64,000 nucleotides of DNA from Diplonema japonicum (taxonomy: Eukaryota > Protista > Euglenozoa: Diplonemea). The translations under genes and the position numbers were made by a program. The stretch spans positions 186,001 through 250,000 of the forward strand of contig OZ025665.1 in assembly GCA_964019335.1 (NCBI GenBank), written 5' to 3'. The notes under the pieces were generated by a model that worked only from the letters and a program-made list of their open reading frames with translations, ran no database searches and had not been told where the DNA came from. This document shows positions 10,796 through 22,300 of this stretch, piece by piece; positions within the stretch are counted from its first letter, which is position 1; each line of letters starts with the position of its first letter.

Positions 10796-12924
10796 CTAAA
10801 TCTTCCACAGTTTAGGAGTGAAACCCACAACGTGGCTGATGGCAGCCGACAGACAAGACAGCACCATGACCCGTGTTATATTGTACAGCAGGGGGTTCAT
10901 CGAAAGACCGGATATCTGTGTTGTTATTCTTTTGCCGTCTGCACCCAATACCTTGTTAGGCCCTTCTAGCTCCTTCAACAGTTTCGCGGCCAGTTCCAAG
11001 ACCTTGTTCGTAAGAGCAAGGCGTTCCTTCTTCTCTTTCACACGAGAGTCAGACCTCCCTGACACAGCCACCATGCGCAAGTGTAGGTTGATCTGTAGGT
11101 GCGGTGGGAAACCTTGAAGACAAATTAGTTCGCATACCTGTTCTGTGAGCAGCAAGCTTGAATTACCGTACTTGTGATTAATGGACGTGCCTGTCATCAT
11201 GTAGTGCAGCTGTGGTGGTGGTGGTGGAGGCAGACACCAAGACATACCAGGTAGTAGCTCAGCACCATCGAGACTAGGAAGATCTGCCCGTGCATCACCT
11301 CGCTGAAGGTGTCGACACGCAAGGCGCCTTTGTTTCTCTTTGCTTCCGTGGCCTCCTGCACCACAAGCATCCCCACCACAGCCACTGTGAACAGGAACGA
11401 CTGGAACGTGAGCGACACAACGCTGTCTGCGGCAATCTCCTGCGGCTCCAACCTGAGCCACGCCCTGCTCCCTCGGAGGGTGAGCCACGCCATCACATTC
11501 TCAACATTCTTCAACCTGAAGTGCGGGAGGTTGTACCGCTGGCTCCTCCGAAGCGACGTCAACGCGGAAAAGAACTTCGCGTAAAGGTACCTCTTGTGGT
11601 ACGTGCGCTCCGCGTGCGTCAAGTGCGTCACCATCTTCCGCACCAAGACGAACACGCTGACAGCAGAAAGCAGCGCCACGAAGGCGGGCACCGCGGACTG
11701 TCGAAGAGGAGCGGCAGACGTCGAAGGGTGAAGGAAGATTGTCGCAAGCACCTGCAGCACCGAGGGCATGGGGTCCGCAAAGGCGATGTCGCAAACACTG
11801 TTTGTCCTGTTGAACCCCGTGAAGGGTGAGAGCTCGGAGATGTCGAGTGTCGTTATTGCTTCTGCACTTTGCAAGACGAACCCAGCAAGCGGGTCGCGCA
11901 TCATGAACACTCGGTGCAGCGTGGGTAACACACTGAACAGAAGGGCCGTCCAGAAGGGGATGTCGATCCACTGGGCGTGCTTCTCTGTGTCGGTGGTGTC
12001 GACCTTGCGCAGGATAGCGTTGCGGACCTGCATAACGGACATCGTGAACTTGTAGGGTTGGTTCTTCTTCCCACCACAGTGTTCGGATAGGAGCACCTCG
12101 GCGGCCGTCTTCCGTATAGTTGTGTCGTCGCCCCACAGCAGCACGTTGATGGTGTCAATCCGTACGGTGTCGCCGCAGTCGGTGCCGCCTAGATCGGAAC
12201 AAACGTCTTTGTCCAGCGAGCCTGTCGACGATGATGCGTGCAGGAAGCTGCTGCTCCGCTGCTCGTCTTGCTCGCTTTCGTTGTTGTCAACATTCACGTC
12301 CTCTTCTGTTTCCGATTCGCTTGATATCGAAGTGTCTACATCTTCGTCTTCTCTCTCTTCCTCCCGCTCCTTAGAAACGCCCATCTTTTGCACTACCGTT
12401 GGGATCCTTCCAAATACTAACCCCATGAGTAACAGCAGCATTGGGGGGAAGTACACCTCCGATGCTGACACATCACCCAGAATCGAACCTTGCTCGCCCT
12501 TCGTGGTGTAGAGATAGCAACATAGTATTTCTAAGAGGTACATTGTTGTGAAAAAGGCCCATTCTGTGGGGGTGATCAGCTTGATCCAGAAGTCGCGGTG
12601 GAAGGGCAGGAAGAGGATTTTTGCAATGTCTTGTCTGACGCCCACCAGTCTTGGCTTCGGCTTGCAGTTTAGGTCAGCCACGGACTTCATGACATCCACG
12701 TCGAGAAATTTCTTGAACATGCTGCCGGCCTCTTTCACCTGAGCGTCTTTCTTAGGTGGACTGAAATACCCTTGTTGCAGCCTTTTATAGTCATAACACG
12801 GCGGCAGACCTATTGAACTCGCCGGTGACAATGGCGGCTCCAAAGGCGTCCCCTCATCGGCTTGGCTCCCCGTTGTCTCTCCATGTCTCTTCACAATTTT
12901 AAACCGTGCTAGGCCAGTGTCCAT
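10796..12924 (-). CDS. PHTF: PHTF (putative homeodomain transcription factor) family membrane protein, ~669 aa; exons 12924-11248, 11209-11138, 11092-10952, 10915-10796
   Basis: AERTYHKRYLYAKFFSALTSLRRSQRYNLPHFRLKNVENV and KYGNSSLLLTEQ|INLHL...LTNKVLELAAKLLKEL...GLSMNPLLYNITRV...GF..KLWKI match PHTF1/2 motifs once three GT-AG introns are removed. Confidence 0.9.
10916..10951 (-). other. 36-nt stop-free in-frame phase-0 intron (PHTF)
   Basis: AAG|GTATTG...ACACAG|ATA. Removal restores the spacing between KLLKEL and GL.MNPL. Confidence 0.8.
11093..11137 (-). other. 45-nt stop-free in-frame phase-0 intron (PHTF)
   Basis: CAG|GTATGC...CTACAG|ATC. Removal restores the conserved LLTEQINL. Confidence 0.85.
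11210..11247 (-). other. 38-nt phase-0 intron (PHTF)
   Basis: CTG|GTATGT...CACCACAG|CTG joins two out-of-frame ORFs. Confidence 0.9.
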
Positions 12925-13360
12925 ATACTATGGGAAGGGTAGACACTGTTGTGTTATGTGTGTATAGATCAAGATGGACGGGGGGGGAGGGGGAAAAAAA
13001 TACAATGAACCCTCTTTTTTTTTCCCCCACTCATTTTTTTGAGGGGGGGTTGTACAACAATATTTAGAGAAAAAAAAAGCAAAAGGAAAGAAAAAAGCAT
13101 GGCAAGATGCTTTGGACGTAGTAAAGAGGGGAAGGGGGGGGGGGGGGGGGGGCTGTATTGTGGAGAAACAAACTGCGGGGGAAAATTGAAGAAAATTAAT
13201 CCACAAGGAATGAAAGGTAAGGCAACAAAAAAAATGGATGATGGGGGGTGAGGGAAAAGATGAAACAGGAAATAGGGTGAATGTCTATAATTTCACAGAA
13301 AAGAAAAAAAAAAACATCTAAAACGTGTGCCAAAAAAAGGGGGGGGATGGGGAAAACCAA

Positions 13361-16300
13361 TTAATTGGCCGTAATTGCTTTGTCAGCCAAAGCCCTTGTC
13401 CGTACCCACCGTCTTTTTCTGCAGACATGCGAGAACTTTTCTTTTCGAGGATGCCAGGTTTTCCCAGTGAATTCAGATGCGTACACCCAACCCTCATGGT
13501 CAGTCTCTCTGCTTTTAAAAACCTTCCATTCGGCCTCCCATACCCACCCTGTAGGGAGGTGGAAGGACTGTTTAGGAGTGGCACGCTGTAGGCCTACGTC
13601 GGCCCATCCAGGAGGGTCCTTTGCTCCAAGGTTGGACGAGGCGAAGGTCTTGACGACGGTCTTCTTCTCGCATTCCCAACATTCTTCAACGACCATCTCG
13701 TGGCTGCTGATGATGGAAGGCATTCCTGTCTGTGGATTCTCGGTGCTGACAAGCCTAACTACACCTGTCAACCTGCCTCCTGCAGAGATCCCTGAACGGA
13801 AGAGGTTGATGCAGAAGGAAGCACGCCCATCCGTCGACAGAAGGACGTCCTTTACAGGCAGAACCCCTGACGCGTAGTAGTCGGACTTCCACCCGTCAGA
13901 TGAATGCGACAACACAGCCGGGCGGCCGTCTCTGGTTGTCTCGTTTCGTACTGAGAACAACAGGTACTGCCGTTCAAGGAACACCCTGCTGTTCGTGTTC
14001 GGCTGGATCTCAGGGAAGCTCGATGTCGTAGGGAGCTTCGTGTTCTCGTCCGCCGCCATTGTTCCTGATCTGTACAACCCTTCTGCGAAGTCTGCATAGA
14101 TGGTTAGATAAGGCTTCGCAAGCCCGCCCTTGCCGCCTAGGTCGTAGTCTTCGTCACGGCTGGCGTCTGTGTTGCTTGACACGATTGACCGCCGCCTCCC
14201 TCCAGCGGACCCCACAGACCCTGTCGAGGACATGATGCTTCCCTTCCGCTTCAAGCCCCCGCCTGCGCTGTCCCCCATTCTCGACGCGCCTCTCAGACGA
14301 GATGTAAACGTCTCTCGCTCCACAGTACGGCACTCAAGCATGCACGACTCCAGCATGAAGCTGACCTTCGGCGGGATCGGACTGGCGAAGGTTTCCAAGT
14401 GAACCAGTTGTGACCCGAAGTCATAGAGCGACGCTACAGCAGGCCGGCCCTGTGCGTGAAAAAAAAATTATATAAAAACGTGTTTTCTTTTTTAGAATTT
14501 TGTTTCCATACATTCGCCACGTTTACCGCTTTGTAAAAGATGTTCTCCAGCTCCATCCCTGGGAGGGACCTGCACAGAACACGCTGCTCTAACCCGTACT
14601 CATGGAACTCTTCGACCAGCTCTAAATCGCCTTCTACGAAGTTCGCAAGAGCCTCGCCTGCATTGACCTCCCTTGACAGTACGTCGGTGCCGATTTCCAA
14701 GCTGCTGAGCCTGTCCCATTTCCTAACGTCCTCAGGGTACCCGTCGTACCCGTAGGCAAGGCTGCCCAATGCGAATATGTGGTGGAACCTCACTGAGATG
14801 TCAACACACGACAGACCCGCTTGCACCCTGCCTAGCAGATCCTTCAGGATATCGTTGCGCACCTAATGGTGTTGGGAGGGAAAGAGAAAGGAATACCTTT
14901 TCGTCGTCTTCCTCTTCGATGGGCGGTACGACCTTGGTGCAGAAGAAGCACAGAGGTGTCTCGTTCACAGAGAAGCTGATGGCAACGGCATCGGTGACGC
15001 CCTTAGTGCCCCCCGGCTTGCCTCTAATGTGCTGCCCTGTCCACGCGTCGGTGTTTGAGATCTTCCTGTGGCTGTTGCTGAGCATGACCAAGGCCACGCC
15101 ACGCTTGCCTTGCTCCCTCTCCGTCGAGATGAGAGGCTTGTACTCATCGCCAAGATAGCGTGTCTGATGTTAGTGGTTTTCTTATTTTATTCTATTTCAT
15201 ACCAACATGTCACACAGCCTAGTCCCACCCTGGTACTCTGCCGGAAGGTCCACGAACCCTACCACGTACAGGTCTACACCTGTCTTGGGAAGCCAGTTAC
15301 CAAAGTCGACCTCTTTTGGCAGCTTCGCGAGCTGCAAGTTGATGCACCCCACCCACAGCCTCAGCTGGTCACATGGAACATTGCTGCACTTTATCTTCGC
15401 AAGACCGGAAAGGTTCTGCTTCCCTCCGACTGTTGTCTTCGCCTGTGTCGAACCCTTGATGTTCACGTTGAAACAATGGGGCCCAGCAATGTCCGGGCAC
15501 AGCGTTGGTGCCCACACCAGCCCGTTCCGAAGCGCCTTGGTGCACTCATAGAACCTCTCACGCGTGATGGAGCTCTCAAAGATAAGCTCGTACTCTTTCT
15601 GTTGCTTGAAGAACTTCATCTTAACCTTCCTCATGTTCATGGTGTCTTTTTCGCACCTGTAGATCTGATTGTATGAGAAGACCGTAGGTTGCTTCCCGTC
15701 TTTCCCGCCAGACTTCGCCGCAAGAAGCGTCTCCTCAGGTGTCTTGCATGGTGCGAGGTTAGTGAAGGTACGGTCAAAGAAGTCGAGCAGCCACACCCTG
15801 TCGCGCTTGGCCACGAGCTTGGTTTCGGTGTTCAGTTTCTGCACGTTGAACAGGGCTTTGAGGTACTCTGGCGACGATAGGCTGTTCATCTCAATGTTGT
15901 GTGCCAAGGGGTTCCTCTCTTCGTCAGCGAAGGACTGAAGAGGAATAACCTCCTCTTCCTCTTCTTCTTCTTCTTCTTCTTCTTCTTCTTCCTCCTCACC
16001 TATCTTCCCTTTCCCCTTAGTTAAGAAGTCCTCTGGGAGCGGCATCACCTCGTTGTCCATTGTGCGGAAGCCCTCAGGTCCCAGCACAGGGTCGTGCTCT
16101 GAGGAGCCTGCGTACAAGAGGTACTCTTGCCCAGGTTCCAACATCGTGACATCGAAGGAACCTTCGCCTTCACGGACCTTCTTGCTTCCCACTTGCGAGA
16201 ATTCAGGTTTCCCCCCCTTCTCAACCCATTCCTGCAGTTCAGCGAATGTCACGTTCTCTGTCCCCTCAGGCACGACACACCACAGCATTGTGCCATTACG

Positions 16301-19300
16301 CGACGCGCAGTACTCCACAGCAGTCGAGTCCTCAGTGGGAGAGACCACCTGTAGCCACCTCAACATGTGGCCTTCCGTCTTGAACGTACTAAGCATGGGC
16401 TCTTCGCCCTTTACAATGGCTGTAACTGTGTAACACGTGTCTGGTTCTAGCCCGCTTGAAGTGATCTCAACTGTCTCTCGCTCATCTGCCTCAACAAGCT
16501 TCCCAAATGCTAGCACAGCGTCTTTGTCTATGACCTTCTGTTCTCCTTCCTTCAGAACGTAGTTTGCACTGCCGCGACGGGAGAAGTTGAATTCAAGAGT
16601 TGCAGCAATAGGAGTGACATCAGAGACAGTCACTGACTCCAAGAGGAGCCCTTCAGGGGTTGTGTGGAAGCGTGTCTGCTCGGATGTTACCCATGGGATG
16701 TCTTCGTCAGCAGGCGCATCAGGTGAGATTGCTGCGATCTGCAGTGTGTAGTCAGTGTCATCAGTAAGGTCATCAAACGTGAAGCCACCATCACCACCGC
16801 GGATCCTGCACTCCTTCACTTCGCCCACCTGCTCGTCCCCGAGCACCACCCTGCACAGTACCACTCCATCTTTCCCATCGGCGGAAGTCACTGTCACCTC
16901 TGCGCTGCGTGTCTTGCTTGACACGTCGACCTTCCCTAGCTGGACCCCAGGTCGCATGGGTGTGGTGAATGCCTTTTGCTGTCGTCCGTCTTCGTCCGGC
17001 ATGCAACGTACTGCACTCGTCACGACGTGCAGCGTGTACTTACTGGCAGGCTGCATCCTCACCGAGTTCGCAGTGAATTCTATCGTCTCTGTACCCTCTA
17101 CATCCATCTCGCCGGAAGCGAGTACCTTTGCTGTGCCAGGCACCAAGCTGGACCCTCTCCTTCTGTGCTGCTCTCTGTGCTTTCCTGGCAACGTCACAAA
17201 CGCCGCAAGGGGCACTTCATCGCTTTCACTTGTCACCGCCCAGTGTAGCTTTCCCTCCCCTTTTACGTTCACCTCCACATCGCAGCTTGTCGCACTCCTG
17301 GGGTCCACACTGATGTCCAGCACCTCAGGTGCGGGCAACTTCACCACCAAAGGAACCTTAACTAGCGTGTTGCTTGGTGAGGTGAACGCTTCAGTTTGCT
17401 CGCCAATGATGTCCGTCATCAAGAAGGCTGTGAACTGCACCCCCGTGCTTGGTGTAGGACACTCAATCTCACAGACAGGGTCCTCGGTGGCCACATCAGT
17501 GCTGATCAACACAGCTTCTCTGAAAGCTTCAGTCGTGATATCCTCAGCATCGCTTTGCACAGCAACGTGGATCTTTCCCTTGTGTGACAAGCGCACTTTG
17601 AGAGTTGCAGAGTCCACCGTGTTGCCACACTGCTCTGCAGACAGGATGGTGGGGGCCGTGTAAAGGGGCACACCCTCGACGGTGGTGACGATGTTAGATG
17701 TGCATTTGCCATCAGCAGTGGCGGGTAGCACGCACAGCTCGTAGCGTGTGCCCGGCTCGAGTCCTTTAGCTACAATGGTTGATGTAGTGCTGTCCTGTAA
17801 CAGCATCCCGCAAGCATCGAAGTCGGTGCTCACAAGCAACTCTTTGGGTGTCACGGGTGTGGAGTGGTCCTTGCACGCACGCACTGCCCAGTGCAGCCTG
17901 CCCAATTGTCCTTTTGTATTCACCTCAGTGGTCAGCCCATGGTTTACTTCTCGCAAATTCATGCTTGCCACGACAGGTGCAGCTGCTAGTGCTTCGAAGT
18001 CCACTCTCAGCCTGTCCCCGTCGCATCCCTCAGTAGCTAGCAGTACGGTGTATCTCTTTCCCTGATTGTTGTGTCGATTGTTTTTGTTTCAGCATACCTC
18101 GTGCAGTCCATCCAGTTTGATACATGTCTGTGGGCCCTGTAGTTCCACAAGATCTCCTTTCATGAGTTCTTCCTTCGTAGGCAGCTGTGTTCAATAGTTA
18201 ACTTTAACAAAGCATACCAGCTCGTCAGAAGGCTTGACGACGTATCGAATGGCGCCACTGGCAGGCCCCTCTGGGGTCACCACTATATCTGCTGAACTTG
18301 TGGTGATATTCGTAGCTTGGGCTGTCCTCAGCTTCCCAAGTTCTTGCGACGTTGTGAAGGCGACAGTCTTAGGGTATACGGTAGGGCTGATGTCGGCCTC
18401 CGTGCTCGCAGGCACATGGTGCAGGACATATGCTGTGTCAGGTGTCAGGTTAGTTGCCTTGAACGTGTTCCTGAAGAGGGTGTCAACAAGCCCTGCGCCC
18501 GAGGCAACGATGTTCTCTGTAGCAACACCTAGTGCTGCTGCCTTAACGTCTTCTGCCTCTAGTTCCAGACCACTAGGAGTCATACACCACAGAAGCCTGC
18601 CCCCCTTCTTGGAGGAAAATCCAAATTCTGCAGTCGTTTGTGCTATGGCAAGAACATCCACTGTGCACGCATCAGGGGTGTCCAGCGTGTGAACCCTATT
18701 CTTTACAACACCTCCCGCCACCCCAGCCACCGAGCACGGCCACGTGTACACATCTAGCTCCATGCCAGACGGCAGCCCAGTCACTACCAGCATCTGGCCC
18801 TCGCCAGGCATGCCGTAGCTGTCCTCGCCGCGTGCCACACAACTGCTTTTCATGTCCAACTCTATCTTGCTGTGGTCCCTGAACTCTGTTTGGAAATCAG
18901 CAGGAACGACCAAATACTTCAGAACGCCTGCTGAGGTCAGCTCATATTCTAGCCTGATCTCTGAAGTACCCACCCTTCCCTTAGCTAGGTTTACGATCTC
19001 CGGTGCAGGCAACAGCGTGGTGAAAGTCTCTACAATCATCGGCTCATCGATGGCGTGGTCCTCTTCTGTCCTTCCGCACAATACCAGTGTGTACTCCGTC
19101 ATACCCGTCAAGCCGTCGATGTGCAGCATCTGTCCTGAACCGGGGACAAGACCTGCGACACCAGTTCTGATGTACCCCTGTGCTGTGGTGGTGCCGTCTG
19201 CTTCTAGCGACGCCACAAGAGAAGCTACGTCTGACTCCACAACACTCTTCACAGCTTGCTTCACACCCCAGAACAGCAAACCCTTCCCGTTCGCTTGGTA

Positions 19301-22300
19301 TGTCATCACCGCACTGTGGTCACACACATCCAGATTAATGTCTTCGATGCTTGGGACTTGTGATATGGGTGCCGTAAAGGGAAGCACACACTGGTGCCCA
19401 GCTGCATGAATCACTTCTGCAGTAGTGCGAACGTCTTTGTGATGTGGCACTAGGTGGAGAATGTGGTCCTCTTCACAAACAAGCATAGAGGCCTCTATTG
19501 TGTACGTGTTAGTGCCTGCAGACGCGTGCAACTCCCCTACTTTCAGTGCCTCACTAGTACCGCCGCACACGACAGTAATGACCTCTGGGTCGCGTGAGGG
19601 AGAAGTTAGATGCACCGGGCGGATGGCCCTCTTGGTGTCCTCGAAAGCAACCAGCAGTGTGTTCTCTGTCTGGTCAGTACCACACACATGACCCACAGTA
19701 CCGTTCAAGGAGTCATCGTCGTGGCCACACACCTGTACCTCTGAGCCCATTGGGAAAGCTTCGACAGGTGTCGGCAGAGCAACCAAGTTCGCAGGCTTCA
19801 AAGCCCTGCTGCCTTCTGCAAACCTGACCATAATGCGGTCCTGGGGTACTTCCTGAGTTGGGAAATCGATCTTTCCGACTTTGCCGTTCAGCACGGCAGA
19901 CCCCATAAGGCCTCTGGCCTCCACGCTGGTTCCGATTGCAAATGCGTAATTGGGGGGCGGCCACTCACATTTACGATTCCTAATTAAGTACTTTACCGTC
20001 ACTTCCTCCTTAGAAGTTATCTCGACGGCAACCGTGGACGCTGTTATAGATTTGATCATGCACTGCACAGACGGCTGCACAGGGCGCAGCATGAAGGGAA
20101 CTTCTCTCGTGTCTACAGGCTTCCCCGTGAGAGTGTCTTCCAGTGTCACATAGGCCAGCATTTGGCCCCCTGCAGATGGGAGACTGTGCACATGAAGTGA
20201 AGAGGGAAGGCCTGGTAGAGTGCGTGATGAAGAAGTGCAAGGCTCGGCAACTCTAGCCATCTCGATTGTCTTTTCTGGTGTCAGTTTCGGAATCGACTTC
20301 ACATTGTGTGCCACAACACAGTGCACGATGCAAGGGACGTCGTCCACTGTGACCTCCACGCGGCACCCCCTGGGCTCTGTCTGGACAGTGCACAGGCTGA
20401 TGCTTGCCTGCAGAGCGCTAGGTATAGCGACATCCTTTACAACACACAGGCCTCCATTCGACAAGTCTTTGCTCTTCGTAGTGTTGACCAATACCACATC
20501 TACGGTGCCCTCCAAGTCTTCTATCGGACCAGAACGAAGCGGACCGGGACCATGCGGCGGTCCCCAACTCCCGCTGAAGATCACAGCCGCATGGCCGTCC
20601 ACGTTGTGTCCAACGATGTCGCCTTGCCCAGCAGCAACAACCGCGTAGTGCACAGCGTGTTCAGGTTCCCATGCCGCGCCCTTTGAAAGTGTTACCTGCA
20701 AAGCAGGTCCGCTACTGCCATAGTCTCTGACCATTTGCACTTTAACAGCGGGGAACGGTAGCAGTGCTTGAACACCAATAACTCTGGAGGTGATCACTTC
20801 CTTGTTTCTCTCCCCCACAGCCACGACGCAGTACCTCTTGCCGTTCCGCAGCGACGGGAGGTGCACATCGTATTTTTCAGTCTTCTCCACGAGGTACACC
20901 TGCTCACGTGGCACGTCAAGGGTCTCGCCGTCAATCGCTACGAGCACGTCGTTGCCCTTGAAGCCCGCCACGACGCCTTCGATGTGCTCGATGTCGTCGT
21001 CGGTGACAAGCACACTGGCACCCTCTCTGATGCCGTGCAGGTCGATGACGCCGCTGAGTACGGCTTCCGACACTCCCAGAGCTACGTCAGAGGGCGTGTA
21101 GCGCTTCGTGTCTGCGTCCTCGTGCAATTCCACAAGCATCCAGGCAACGCTGCCGATTCCAGATGCGTAGACCTCAGCTCTGTCCTTATCCTCGGTCACT
21201 ACTACTGCCACAGCGTTCGGCAGCGTGCCTTGCAACACACGGGACTTCAACGAAGCAGCGCGACTAGTAGCTTCCTGCGACACGGTACGCATCTCCGATT
21301 TCTTGGTCTCTTCCAACACATCGAGGTCCTCTTGCTGTGTCTTGATTGTGGCTTCCAGCACGGCCTGATTCTCGGTCAGTTGCTGCACTTCTCTGTCTTG
21401 CTCCTTGATCTGCTTCTCGAGAGCCTCCTTTTCATTGAGCAGCTCCTCTTGTATGTTCATGAGCTCTTCTTGGTGCTCCTCTGCCTCTTTCACTTTGTTC
21501 TCCATGGTCGCGACGTACTCAGATGCCTCATCGAGTCCCTTTGCAGTCTCCTCTTGGGTGCTTCGTGCAAGGCCCAGCTCTTCTTTGTACTGCTTCACAA
21601 GCTCTTGGGAGTTGCGGAGGTCCTCTTCGAGTTGCTCTTTCTCACCTTCGAGGTCATCTACAATTTTGTTCTGTTCTTCGAAGGCTGCCTTTGAGGCTTG
21701 TAGCTCTTTCACTTGTGTCCCGAGCTCGGTGGCCAGATCTGAGGAGCGTTTCTTGGTAGCTTCCTGAGAAGTTCGTAGCTCAAGCAGCTCCTCTTCAGCA
21801 TGTGCAAGATCAACACTTTTCTCCTTGATCACGTCGTCGTTCTCTTCAATCACCTGTGTGAGGGTAATTGCCTTGTTCTGCAGTTCTTCCGCTTTTTGCT
21901 CAAGTGTTTCGATCTTTCTTGCGTAGGCTACGCTTTCGTCACTCTGCTGAGACTCCAGCAATTCTTTGTTCTCCATCAGCTTGGTTCTCTCTTCTTTCAG
22001 CTTTTGGAGCTCTTCCTGCAAGCGCTGTTCCCTCTCAGCAGTTTCCTCCAACTCCTTTTTATGAATCGCTTTCGCCTCCTCCAGTTGTTTCTCTGCCTCC
22101 GACAGACTTTCACGTGCCTTTGCCAATGAGTCGACCTCTTCCTGCAAAATCTTCTCCCTGGCTGCAGAGTCCTCCAGAGCTTTGTCACGGGATTCCAGCT
22201 CTGCCTTGTGGGCTGCCTTTGATTCTTCAAGCTTCTCCTCTGTTGTAGACAACTCCTTTTTGGCCTTCTCTAGAGTACTGATCTCTTCCTGCAAAAGTTG

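Larger units (their letters stand above)
14410..15860 (-). other. PH-like domain followed by a degenerate inositol polyphosphate 5-phosphatase domain
   Basis: KEYELIFESSITRERFYE (PH C-terminal helix). LWVGCINL...WLP...DLYVVGFVD, AVAISFSVNETPLCFF, RNDILKDLL, FHHIFALGSLAY, D.L..E...GEALANFVEG, QRVLCRS and GRPAVASLY align in order with IPPc motifs. Confidence 0.7.
16060..21200 (-). other. Array of FN3-like beta domains with inserted SH3/KOW-like modules
   Basis: Repeated G.L.W.V...GL.P.T.Y.L motifs (GLEPGTRYEL, NLTPDTAYVL, DLTDDTDYTL). Two copies of F..G..V...G.....LNG.VG...V.F....RA..P..L at ~19600-19950. Confidence 0.7.

Noticed and set aside
18185-18217. Stop-codon readthrough, UGA recoding or programmed frameshifts joining consecutive ORFs
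   Set aside because: Each interruption inside a gene is explained by a canonical GT-AG intron. Multi-kb exons have no in-frame stops under the standard code.
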